A stretch of DNA of 64,000 nt, from NCBI GenBank assembly GCA_964503755.1, contig CAZDBO010000004.1, positions 14,042 to 78,041 on the forward strand, written 5' to 3'. This document shows, in pieces, positions 55,121-64,000 of the stretch (position 1 is its first letter; each line of letters begins with the position of its first letter). This DNA comes from an uncultured Candidatus Saccharibacteria bacterium (GTDB lineage: Bacteria > Patescibacteriota > Dojkabacteria > JAOAGR01). A program made the translations under genes and the position numbers. Below the pieces are notes generated by a model. The model saw only the letters and a list, made by a program, of their open reading frames with translations. It had not been told where the DNA came from and ran no database searches.

Positions 55121-55999
55121 TCATAATCTTTCCAAAGCAGCAATTCTATCCTCAATAGGTGGGTGAGTCGAAAAGAGATTTACAAAAAAAGAATGAGTTT
55201 TTTTCAAAGGAAAATCTATAAACATATGTGCATTCCCCTCAGTGGCATTCATAACTGGCAAATCATCCGCCTGTAGTTTTCTTAGAGCACTTATCAATCC
55301 TTGAGGATAGCGTGTTATCTCTACTGCAGTAAAGTCAGCAAGATATTCTCTACGACGAGAAATAGCTAGTTGTATCAATGTAGCAATAATAGGGCTTAAT
55401 ATTGCCACTAATATTCCTATAAATATCAACCACGGTGGTGTATCATCATCACTACCACTTATCACACGAATAAAAAAATCAGCTATATAAGTTATAGAGC
55501 TTGCCATTACCGAAACAATTAACATAAGTCTTATATCGAAATTTTTAATATGAGCTAACTCATGAGCGATTACTCCTTCTAGTTCTTGTTGATTCATACG
55601 TTCATAAAGTCCCTGAGTTATAGCAACATGCGAATTTTGTGGATTTCTGCCAGTAGCAAAGGCATTCATCGCTGGATCTGGAATTATATGAATCCTAGGC
55701 TTTGGTATGCCCGCCTTAATAGATAATATCTCAACAGTTTTATTTAAATGCTCAAATTGTGGATTGTCTGTAACATCCATAGCTCCAGTAGAAAATAGAA
55801 CAAATCTATCACCATAAAAATAAGTGATAAGAGAAATTAATACTGATATACCGAACGATATAAAACTAACAAAAACCGATGAAATTATATCTTGTGATAC
55901 CAAGTAAGATAAGAACCAACTAACTAATATGGCAAATAACACAAATCCCAAAAGTAAAAATACAGACAAGAAACGATTTTTGTCTATCTGTGAGTACAT
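55121..55999 (-). CDS. htpX: Zinc metalloprotease HtpX (M48)
   Basis: HELAHIKNFD HExxH motif, four TM segments, downstream of lemA. Confidence 0.85.
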   Translation of the reverse strand: MYSQIDKNRFLSVFLLLGFVLFAILVSWFLSYLVSQDIISSVFVSFISFGISVLISLITYFYGDRFVLFSTGAMDVTDNPQFEHLNKTVEILSIKAGIPKPRIHIIPDPAMNAFATGRNPQNSHVAITQGLYERMNQQELEGVIAHELAHIKNFDIRLMLIVSVMASSITYIADFFIRVISGSDDDTPPWLIFIGILVAILSPIIATLIQLAISRRREYLADFTAVEITRYPQGLISALRKLQADDLPVMNATEGNAHMFIDFPLKKTHSFFVNLFSTHPPIEDRIAALERL

Positions 56000-56008
56000 A
56001 CTTCAATA

Positions 56009-56650
56009 TTAACGTACTACGACGTTACCACCCCAGTCGGGCATGATATCTTTTCTAGCTTCAGCTGTTGATTCGAAAAATTCTGCTTTCTTAAATCCAA
56101 ACATATTTGCAATTATATTACTTGGAAATGTAACAATCTTTTCATTATAGTCGCGTACTGTAGCATTATAAATCTGTCTGGCCGCGGCAATCATCTCCTC
56201 AATTTGTTGATTTTGCTGCATGAAATTTTGTATAGCAAACTGTGACTGTATCTCTGGATAAGCCTCAACTGCAACGTTTATGGCACCAAGGTTCGAAAGC
56301 AGCCTGGATTCCAACTGTGAGACAGTATTTGCATTTTCTGGAGTTAATTTTACTGATCTTAACTGTGAAAGACCACTGCGTAGCTCAGCAATCTTAGTCT
56401 GAATATTCTCATCAGTGCTAGTTGCCTTTTCTACTGCATTGATGAGATCTGGGAGCAGATCATATCTATTTTGTAGTCTTACATCTATTTGTTTTAATGT
56501 TTCTTCTACTCGGACTTTATATGAAGCTAAAGAATTATACAAATAAATAAAATAACCAACTAAGCCCAATACCAATAAAATACCGCAACATAAAATAAAA
56601 ATTAAAATAGTTCCTGTCATCATAAATATATTATATAGAAATAAATTCAA
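56009..56650 (-). CDS. lemA: LemA family protein
   Basis: N-terminal TM, LemA-like core. Conserved lemA-htpX pairing. Confidence 0.75.
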   Translation of the reverse strand: MNLFLYNIFMMTGTILIFILCCGILLVLGLVGYFIYLYNSLASYKVRVEETLKQIDVRLQNRYDLLPDLINAVEKATSTDENIQTKIAELRSGLSQLRSVKLTPENANTVSQLESRLLSNLGAINVAVEAYPEIQSQFAIQNFMQQNQQIEEMIAAARQIYNATVRDYNEKIVTFPSNIIANMFGFKKAEFFESTAEARKDIMPDWGGNVVVR

Positions 56651-56856
56651 ATGTCAAAAGCAAATTTACAAAAAGTATATTCATTATTGTCCTCATGATT
56701 TAAATATAGAGTTCTAAATTAATAATTAATACTAACAATGCCTATCGTAATTTTAGTTTAATAACAAAAATATTTGTGTGAAATCTTAACTGATTTGAAG
56801 AGTAAATATCAATTAATCGAATTAAGAAAATTTATTGAAATACAACGTGAAAATTA

Positions 56857-57810
56857 TTATCTTATTAAGTATTTAAGTTTATCTATACGCGCATCTATAT
56901 ACGATGACATAACAAACAATAGCAAATTAACCAAATAAAACCGCATATACCTTAATAAAAGGTCTAATATATCGATAATATATCTCTGATCCAAAACAAT
57001 TTTGGTTGGATTTAAGTTATATTTTTGTACTAGATCTTTATTTATATACTCACTAATTTCTTGTGGTATATCTGTTTTATCAATATTTTTTACAATCCCA
57101 CTTAGCTTTGTATCTAGAGAATAATTATTAACGATTCCATTCTGTATTATTTGCTCTCTTGCATCTTTTCCACCAGCAAAAAGCACATAAAACGTTTGAT
57201 CAGCCTTATCGTAAAATGGTACAAAAATAACAGATTCTCTTAAGTTACTGGTTTTATTATCTGGTGTTACTTCATATTTATCCACAGTGTAAAGTTGTGC
57301 TAATTCTATCCTTCCGTCTATTGAAATATATTTACCAATTAATTCACTATTTATATCTTTTTGTGAATTTATTAAAATTGGCTCACCATAGACTACATCA
57401 TATTTCAAAAAATCAAAGAATAAAAAAACACTAATAATCAGGAAAGCAAACAACCAAATTTTCCAAGACTCAGCCAAAAATATATGCCAAAATCCAAATT
57501 TATAATATGTGTTAGCCTGACTGATTAACTTATTCCCATCAAATCCACCTGAAAAAATACGCCTTGCAAGTTTTTCATGAATTTTTACAGAATGTTTACA
57601 AGACAAACAAACAACTTCTATAAATTTAAAAATAGTCAATTTCGTAAAATAAAAATTAAGATTATATTTTACTCTATGTATTTCCCATTCGGATGATAAT
57701 GTGTTGCACCTAGGACAACGAGCAAAAAATTTTCTTAATAATTGAAAATCTTTATTTATAAAACTAAGCATAAAGATATGATAGCAAAATTTTATAGCTT
57801 TACTTTTCAA
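56857..57810 (-). CDS. Membrane protein with an N-terminal zinc ribbon (CPRC...CLSC), one TM and an extracytoplasmic domain. Unknown function.
   Basis: ORF and topology only. Confidence 0.35.
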   Translation of the reverse strand: MKSKAIKFCYHIFMLSFINKDFQLLRKFFARCPRCNTLSSEWEIHRVKYNLNFYFTKLTIFKFIEVVCLSCKHSVKIHEKLARRIFSGGFDGNKLISQANTYYKFGFWHIFLAESWKIWLFAFLIISVFLFFDFLKYDVVYGEPILINSQKDINSELIGKYISIDGRIELAQLYTVDKYEVTPDNKTSNLRESVIFVPFYDKADQTFYVLFAGGKDAREQIIQNGIVNNYSLDTKLSGIVKNIDKTDIPQEISEYINKDLVQKYNLNPTKIVLDQRYIIDILDLLLRYMRFYLVNLLLFVMSSYIDARIDKLKYLIR

Positions 57811-57823
57811 AACTGATTAAATT

Positions 57824-58468
57824 TTGTATACTAACGTTATGAAATTAAATCAAAAGTTAAATCCAAGTAACATTTTAGAATTGATTATCACTTCAAGAGT
57901 AAGACGAAAGATACTATATCTATTTTTTTCTGACCCGAACAAATATAGACACATGCGACAAGTAGGTCGCGAAATCGATGAACAAATCAATGCTGTACGA
58001 AGAGAATTAATGTCACTCGTAAAAATTGACCTCTTAATAATTAAAAAAGATGGAATAAAAAGACAATTTATACTTAATCCGTCGTTTATTTTTTACAACG
58101 AATTGCGTTCTTTAGTCATGAAAACCTCTCCACTGGCAGTCGAACTTTGGAATGATTATCAAAACAAAGAGCTTGGGCAAATAAAGTACATATTTCTTAC
58201 ACATACGTTTATAAACCGAGAAAATTCTTATCCAGAAAATCCTGATGTAGTAATTATAGGCGATGGTGTCAATGTAATAAAACTTAAAAATATTCAAAAT
58301 CTCATTCGTACAAAAGAAAATCGTGATATACACATCAAAGTTTGGTCAAAACCTGAGTTTGAGTTAGAAAAAGGAAATAACAATCTTATTCTCTACTCCT
58401 TACTAGTCTTGCCCAAATGTACAATTGTTGGTACCGATGAAGAGTTTGTGATTGAGATGGGGAGTTAA
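57824..58468 (+). CDS. Hypothetical protein with a probable N-terminal winged-helix DNA-binding region. Divergent from the preceding gene with only ~13 bp between the annotated starts.
   Basis: ORF only. The wHTH assignment is weak. Confidence 0.3.
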   Translation: MYTNVMKLNQKLNPSNILELIITSRVRRKILYLFFSDPNKYRHMRQVGREIDEQINAVRRELMSLVKIDLLIIKKDGIKRQFILNPSFIFYNELRSLVMKTSPLAVELWNDYQNKELGQIKYIFLTHTFINRENSYPENPDVVIIGDGVNVIKLKNIQNLIRTKENRDIHIKVWSKPEFELEKGNNNLILYSLLVLPKCTIVGTDEEFVIEMGS

Positions 58469-59255
58469 ATTAAGCATTAAATTATTCAAATTAGAAAACT
58501 TTTAATTTTATTTTAGTTAACTGTCACATTTTTTTATTTTTTATTGAGATTATCCACTCATTGCTTTAATTAACTATGATAAATAAACTTATAAACTAAG
58601 GTATTAAGTTTCCTATGGCCATCGATAATAAGTTTAATATGTTTAAACTAAACTGATCGACAAAAATCCGTATAACTTCATGCGTGACCATAGCTTTGGC
58701 TACCAAACCTAATACATCAATCCATTTAGATAGTGGCTGACCTCGATCTTTATTTTTCTAACAAACAAAATCCCGTGAATAAGCAAATAAAGAAGATGCA
58801 ATCATTGGAATCATAGGAAATATGGGTTGATTCATATTAGCCCAGGCCAATAAAGAAACTAGACCATATAAGCATCCTTTTGTAAACGGTTCAATTAATT
58901 TCTGATTAATAGAGGGGCAGCAACATACCGCGTAAAATAATATACACAATTATTTAATAACTCAAAAGGTCGTTTGTGTATCTGTTGTACTACTTCTTTA
59001 TTTATAATTATATCATTTTATTATACACTCCAAAATAAATTTTTTACACTCAAATGTTCGTAATGCCCTCCAGTTCGAAAATATCATGTATATCAAAAAC
59101 AGATATATATCTTCATGGATTGAATCCTAGTTTGTGCAAAGAATTCCTATAATAGGCTTATTTTACTTTTGAATTTAAATTACTCAAAATATAGTAGACT
59201 ATAAAAATGATTTATATAAGTTACGATAACCAACTATCCCCATCAAAAATAATTT

Positions 59256-59458
59256 ATAATTTTCCTATACTTTGAATATTTTCTTACCCAATACCCAGGA
59301 AGAATTTTTAGTAAACTAATCAATATCCTGTTTTTTAAACCGAAAGTTTTAATAACATTACCTTTTACATAAGCTTGATAAATAAACTCTGCCACTTCTC
59401 TAGGATCAGCCGCATTTTGATGAGTACTACCTCCGGCATTTTCAAAAAAATTATCTAT
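59256..59458 (-). pseudogene. Start-less 3' fragment of an SDR gene, duplicated from or paralogous to the 3' end of 60061..60807. About 78 bp are near-identical and the rest about 70% identical. It encodes ...NFFENAGGSTHQNAADPREVAEF... with no start codon.
   Basis: Direct alignment of 59262-59458 with 60068-60262. Confidence 0.55.
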
Positions 59459-59669
59459 TGTCTTTCTGTTATTTGGTATTATTCAGAAACATAAAAGGTA
59501 AGTTTTTTAATATATTCAAACGCACAAATTAATTATAAAGCTAGCTCATAAACATTTTTTAAAAATATCTTAAAAAGCTGAAAATGCAAGCAAATACATA
59601 TTTAAATTAGTTATGTTATTAAACTATGATATTGACAAATTGACTAATACTTTATACAATTAATTTGCT

Positions 59670-59879
59670 ATGGCAAACGGTGAACAAAATCCAAATCAAG
59701 ATCCAAATTCAGACGAAAAAGCACGAAGGTTAGCTCAAGAAATATATGAACGTACAGGGAAACCGTATGATGGTACCACTACCCCGCTCGATCCATATAG
59801 AGAGAAAGTTATTGAAATATTACAAAAGCTAGACGAAGAAGAAAAAAATAGACAAAACAGCGGAAATAAAGGCCAATAA
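59670..59879 (+). CDS. Small hydrophilic protein (69 aa). Unknown.
   Basis: ORF only. Confidence 0.25.
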   Translation: MANGEQNPNQDPNSDEKARRLAQEIYERTGKPYDGTTTPLDPYREKVIEILQKLDEEEKNRQNSGNKGQ

Positions 59880-60060
59880 GACGAAGGCCAAGAAGACGAT
59901 GGTAAAAATCCAAATAAGAAATGATTTATTAAGAATTATATTTAGATATTGAGTTTGTGCTTTTATTATTTTTCCGTTTTTGTTTGTTTTGTTTGTTTTC
60001 TTTTGGTTGTTTGATGATTTATCATATTTTAACAAAAATTAATATAATCAAGATGATTTG

Positions 60061-60807
60061 TTATTTTTTTCTATACTTCGAATATTTTCTTACCAAAAAC
60101 TCCGGCAGAATTTTTAATAAATTAGCCAAGATTTTGTTCCTTAGACCAAAAATTTTTATCACATCTCTTTTTTTATAAACTTTATATACAAACTCTGCCA
60201 CTTCTCTGGGATCAGCCGCATTTTGATGAGTACTACCTCCGGCATTTTCAAAAAAATTAGTTGAAGTATCACCAGGGCACACACATATAATACGATGCTT
60301 TTCTTCATTTTCCATTGCAACTGCCTGAGAAAAACTATTTACATAAGCTTTTGATGCAAAATAAACTGAACTCCCTACACCAGGATAAAAACCTGCAATT
60401 GATGAAATATTTATCACTGTCTTATTTTGTCCTTTTGATTTTTTAAGAAAATGATGCGTAAGTTTCGTTAAGGCAATAATATTTACATCAATGATATTCA
60501 AATTTCTAATAATATCGGTTGCATAAAAACTACCATAAAGTCCAACACCTGCATTGTTTATAATTACATCTATGTTTTCTTTTTCTAAAAACAATATTAG
60601 ATTTGACAAATCATTGCTATTTGTAAGATCACACACTAAAAATTCAAATTTTGTCTTATATATAGACCCCCAAGCATCACGCATCATCTCAAGTATTTCT
60701 ACATTACGTGCAACACCAATTACATCAAATCCATTTTCTGCAAACACATGACAAAGCTGATATCCGATTCCACTAGATGCACCTGTTATCAAAACGCTTT
60801 TAGCCAT
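60061..60807 (-). CDS. short-chain dehydrogenase/reductase (SDR)
   Basis: TGASSGIG cofactor motif, YxxxK (YFASK). Confidence 0.8.
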   Translation of the reverse strand: MAKSVLITGASSGIGYQLCHVFAENGFDVIGVARNVEILEMMRDAWGSIYKTKFEFLVCDLTNSNDLSNLILFLEKENIDVIINNAGVGLYGSFYATDIIRNLNIIDVNIIALTKLTHHFLKKSKGQNKTVINISSIAGFYPGVGSSVYFASKAYVNSFSQAVAMENEEKHRIICVCPGDTSTNFFENAGGSTHQNAADPREVAEFVYKVYKKRDVIKIFGLRNKILANLLKILPEFLVRKYSKYRKK

Positions 60808-62158
60808 TGTTGTAGATCACAGTTTTTATATTTAAAAATTCTCTAACTCCAGCCTCGCCCATCTCTCTACCAAAACCTGATTTTTTTATTCCACCAAAAG
60901 GCATCATTATATCCGAAGTCGCTATTTGGTTGATAAATACGCTACCAGCTTGAATATCTCTTATCGCATAATTTTGATAATCTGGATTTTTTGTCCAAAC
61001 AGAAGAATTGAGTCCAAATGATGTATTATTTGCTAGTTTGATTGCCTCTTGATAATCTTCAAAAGGTATTACTAACGCAACAGGCCCAAATACTTCTTGA
61101 TCTAAAATTGGATTGTTTTGTGATAAATTAACAATGATTGTAGGCTCGATAAAGTATCCTTGATTATATAGCTTTCTTCCTCCAAAAATCACATCTGCAC
61201 CACCATTTTTAGCAATCTGAATCTGTTCAAAAATCTGTTCACGAGCACTTTCAGACACAACCGGTCCCATATCTGTATTTGGATCTGATGGATCGCCAAC
61301 TTTTATAGACGAAAATCTACCTTTTAATCCTGTAACAAACTGATCGAATATTTTTCGATGCACCAGAAATCTCTTAGCCGAATTACAGGCTTGCCCTGCA
61401 TTTCTGAGTCTTGCCTTTACTGCGTTATCTAAAACGAAATCCAGATTAACATCATCGAACACAATCAATGGATCATTCCCTCCCAACTCTAAAACAACTT
61501 TTTTAATGTAATGACCAGCCAACCTAGCAACAGATCTACCAGCATTTTCACTGCCTGTCAAAGTAACACCAAAAATCCTTTGATCTGATATAACTTTTTC
61601 TACTCTTGAAGAAGATATAGCAACATTTACAAGCAAACCAGAACCAAACCCAAGATTGGCAAATATAAATTCGATAACTTTTGCTGATTCTTGGATATTT
61701 GAAGCATGTTTTAATACAACAACATTTCCTGACAATAAATTCGGCACAACAAATCTAAAAACCTGCCAAAAAGGAAAATTCCAAGGCATAATGGCGAATA
61801 TTGGACCTAAAGGTTCATAAATAATTTTTTTACCTTCTTCTATAAACTCATCAGCAATGTAATTATCTATATTGTCAATATAATAACGAATTAATTTTAT
61901 ACATTTATTAATTTCAGACTCAGATTCTTTAATAGTTTTTCCCATCTCTGAAGTAACTAAATAAGCAAGATTTGATCTGTATGTGGTTAAGATATCTATT
62001 AGCCTCGATACAATCTGCTTTCTTTCATCAAGTGTAAGTTTTGTCCATCTTAAAAATGTGTTGTGTGCAAGTTCAATCCTTTTTTCCAACTCTTCATCTG
62101 TAATCTCTGGATTTTCAAAGATAACTTTTTCAGTATATGGATTTATTGATCTAAACAT
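60800..62158 (-). CDS. NAD(P)-dependent aldehyde dehydrogenase (succinate-semialdehyde DH-like)
   Basis: ALDH motifs: catalytic Cys region NAGQAC, ELGGN. 452 aa. Confidence 0.8.
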   Translation of the reverse strand: MFRSINPYTEKVIFENPEITDEELEKRIELAHNTFLRWTKLTLDERKQIVSRLIDILTTYRSNLAYLVTSEMGKTIKESESEINKCIKLIRYYIDNIDNYIADEFIEEGKKIIYEPLGPIFAIMPWNFPFWQVFRFVVPNLLSGNVVVLKHASNIQESAKVIEFIFANLGFGSGLLVNVAISSSRVEKVISDQRIFGVTLTGSENAGRSVARLAGHYIKKVVLELGGNDPLIVFDDVNLDFVLDNAVKARLRNAGQACNSAKRFLVHRKIFDQFVTGLKGRFSSIKVGDPSDPNTDMGPVVSESAREQIFEQIQIAKNGGADVIFGGRKLYNQGYFIEPTIIVNLSQNNPILDQEVFGPVALVIPFEDYQEAIKLANNTSFGLNSSVWTKNPDYQNYAIRDIQAGSVFINQIATSDIMMPFGGIKKSGFGREMGEAGVREFLNIKTVIYNNG

Positions 62159-62196
62159 GATTTATCTATGACACAATTTAATATAAAATTCAATCT

Positions 62197-62910
62197 ATGG
62201 TTTCTAACTTCATCAAAAAAATACTTTCACAATTTAAAAAATTGAATGAGTTTAAAATTGCATATGAAAATGATAACAGAAAATTTGTCATTGATTCACA
62301 AAAAAACAATTTGATTATAATCATAGGACCAAGTTCAGCGGGAAAATCAACACTTGCAGAATATCTTATCAAAAAAGGATTTTATAAAATTCGTACATTT
62401 ACTACAAGACCTAATACTCGAAAAGACAATATAAATGATGATTACATTCGACCACAAAAAACAAATATAGACTTAAGTAAAACTGAAGAAATCAATGTGT
62501 TAATAAAAACATATGATCTTTTAGAATACAATATTCATGCAGGAAATCTTTATGGAACACCAAGAAATGAACTTATGAATGCTATAAATAAATACAAAAA
62601 TTCTATATTGGTATGTGAAAATAATGGAGCTAAAAGTATTTATAATGCCTTAAAAAAAGAATGTAACCTACTTGTTATATTTATAATACCAGATTCGCTC
62701 AGTCAAATTAGAAGAAGAATGAAAATTGCAGGAAAAAATAATATAACTTCACGACTATTGACTGCAAAAAAAGAAATTTTAGATGCTAAAAACATAGCCC
62801 ATTTTGTAATACATTTTTCCGAATCAGCAAAGGTGCCAAATAATGATACTCTAGGTTATGCTATACAAAATACGTATCAATTTCTAAAATATGTTTTGAA
62901 ATTAAATTGA
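62197..62910 (+). CDS. Guanylate kinase-like P-loop kinase
   Basis: IIGPSSAGKSTL P-loop followed by TTRP..R.. (FTTRPNTRKD) as in Gmk. Otherwise divergent. Confidence 0.45.
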   Translation: MVSNFIKKILSQFKKLNEFKIAYENDNRKFVIDSQKNNLIIIIGPSSAGKSTLAEYLIKKGFYKIRTFTTRPNTRKDNINDDYIRPQKTNIDLSKTEEINVLIKTYDLLEYNIHAGNLYGTPRNELMNAINKYKNSILVCENNGAKSIYNALKKECNLLVIFIIPDSLSQIRRRMKIAGKNNITSRLLTAKKEILDAKNIAHFVIHFSESAKVPNNDTLGYAIQNTYQFLKYVLKLN

Positions 62911-63206
62911 CAATATTCTTAATACAAAAGTTTAAACAAAAATTTTCAAAGAAACATCAACAATTTGTGAAATTCAAACTTATTACTGATTAAATTTCGA
63001 TCAAACACTTTTATGTAAGGTTTATGTTAACAATTAGAAATTAATATAAACAATAATTGTTATCTCAATTATAAGTAATTAAATATGTTTTATGGTTAAA
63101 AATTTTATAAATCTCACAATCAAATTATATTACCTCGCATACTTTGTTTTATCAGAAATTTTCAATTGAAGATGTCTACAAACAAAATTGATAATTGAAT
63201 ACAAAA

Positions 63207-63974
63207 CTACTTCAAAAGTCTTTTAGTAATATACCTTTTCCAAGACTCTGGTAATCTCTTAATAATTGAAATCATAAAAGCATTATAAAAACCAGTCACA
63301 ACAATTACTTTCTTCTCCAAATAACTTTGATATGTAATATCCGCAACCTCTTCTGCTGACATCATCTGTCCATTAATATCCCACTTTGCATTTTCAAAGA
63401 AATTAGTCTTTGTAAGACCAGGACATATACATAAAACATTTATTCCTGTACCTTCCAACTCCTCATGCACCGCCTGCGAGAAACTATTTACAAAAGCCTT
63501 TGTAGCAAAATAAATCGCATTATAAGGACCCGGCATAAAGCCAGCCGTAGAACCGATATTTATCACAGCAGCATCATGTTTTTCCATTTTTTTAAATTTT
63601 TTAATTGCAAAATGAGTCAGTCTCACCAATGCTGTAATATTTAGATTAATCATTGATATTTGTGCGTCGATATCCAACTGTATAAATTCTTCATGCAATC
63701 CAAATCCAGCATTATTTATCAATACATCAAAGTCATTTACCGTCAAAAAATCAATAGACTTACTAACCTGTTCGTGTTTCGACAGATCAGCTACAAAATA
63801 AATGAATTTTATGTTGAATTCAGCTTCAAATTTTTCTTTCATCAATTTTAACTTTTCTTCATCTCTAGCTATACCTATAACATTATAATTCTCTTTTGCA
63901 AATCGATAAGCGAGTGCTTCTCCAATACCTTTGGTACATCCGGTGATTACTACTGTTTTCATAATAATTAACAT
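63207..63974 (-). CDS. short-chain dehydrogenase/reductase (SDR), paralog of 60061..60807
   Basis: TGCTKGIG and YFATK motifs. Confidence 0.8.
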   Translation of the reverse strand: MLIIMKTVVITGCTKGIGEALAYRFAKENYNVIGIARDEEKLKLMKEKFEAEFNIKFIYFVADLSKHEQVSKSIDFLTVNDFDVLINNAGFGLHEEFIQLDIDAQISMINLNITALVRLTHFAIKKFKKMEKHDAAVINIGSTAGFMPGPYNAIYFATKAFVNSFSQAVHEELEGTGINVLCICPGLTKTNFFENAKWDINGQMMSAEEVADITYQSYLEKKVIVVTGFYNAFMISIIKRLPESWKRYITKRLLK

Positions 63975-64000
63975 TACAAAATTTAATTTTTATTTGCAAT

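Noticed and set aside
59880-60060. (GTTTGTTTT)n microsatellite and the small ORF 59829..60035
   Set aside because: A short simple repeat in the SDR 3' flank. The 68-aa ORF is low-complexity and antisense to the repeat, so it is likely spurious.
1-64000. Alternative genetic code (UGA read as Gly or Trp, code 25 or code 4), suggested by coding continuing after TGA in three secreted-protein genes
   Set aside because: TGA is a functional stop for aroB (ATGA overlap with aroA), ftsQ (readthrough would fuse it in frame to ftsA), ksgA, sufB (natural ...EGSVG end) and mltG. More than 5000 codons of long housekeeping genes (uvrA, ileS, ftsI, recG, alaS) contain no internal TGA. The apparent TM extension after the 432 TGA can be explained by AT-rich noncoding DNA translating to I, L, F, N and K.

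Overview
The window looks like a bacterial chromosome segment with very low GC, roughly 30% by eye. It is densely coding, and the proteins are rich in Asn, Lys and Ile. The gene set resembles a small-genome, host-associated bacterium such as a CPR or Patescibacteria member: a minimal mraZ-rsmH-ftsL-ftsI block, a separate ftsQ-ftsA-ftsZ block, a short AlaRS, and PT-rich surface proteins. This taxonomic placement is inference only. The standard genetic code applies: TGA terminates aroB, ftsQ, ksgA, sufB and mltG, and the long genes uvrA, ileS and ftsI have no internal TGA. Recognisable content: leuA; a BspA-like surface protein with DUF285-type repeats; a clustered shikimate pathway (aroK, aroB, aroA, aroD, aroC, tyrA, aroE); tRNA-Arg(TCT); an MraY/WecA-like transferase; ksgA; a PilN/PilO-like pair; dnaJ; ftsQ-ftsA-ftsZ; rnc; pepP; tsaD; mraZ-rsmH-ftsL-ftsI; a GT2 transferase; uvrA; mltG; sufC-sufB; alaS; ileS; rplY; tRNA-Asn(GTT); an rpe-like gene; recG; a glucosaminidase; htpX-lemA; two SDR paralogs plus an aldehyde dehydrogenase; and a gmk-like kinase. 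Features that stand out: a Cys-rich secreted-protein gene whose coding signal runs through two in-frame TGA codons; several decayed surface-protein genes; a compositionally foreign, gene-poor island (about 35.7-42.5 kb) holding sufCB, three ORFs of non-native composition and many ORF remnants; a cluster of five related GC-rich hairpin repeats between the convergent alaS and ileS genes; an intrinsic terminator 25 nt upstream of the ileS start inside a GC-elevated leader, which could be a T-box or attenuator; a GC-elevated ORF-less segment upstream of mraZ; and a duplicated SDR 3' fragment. No CRISPR array, rRNA or obvious transposase was found.
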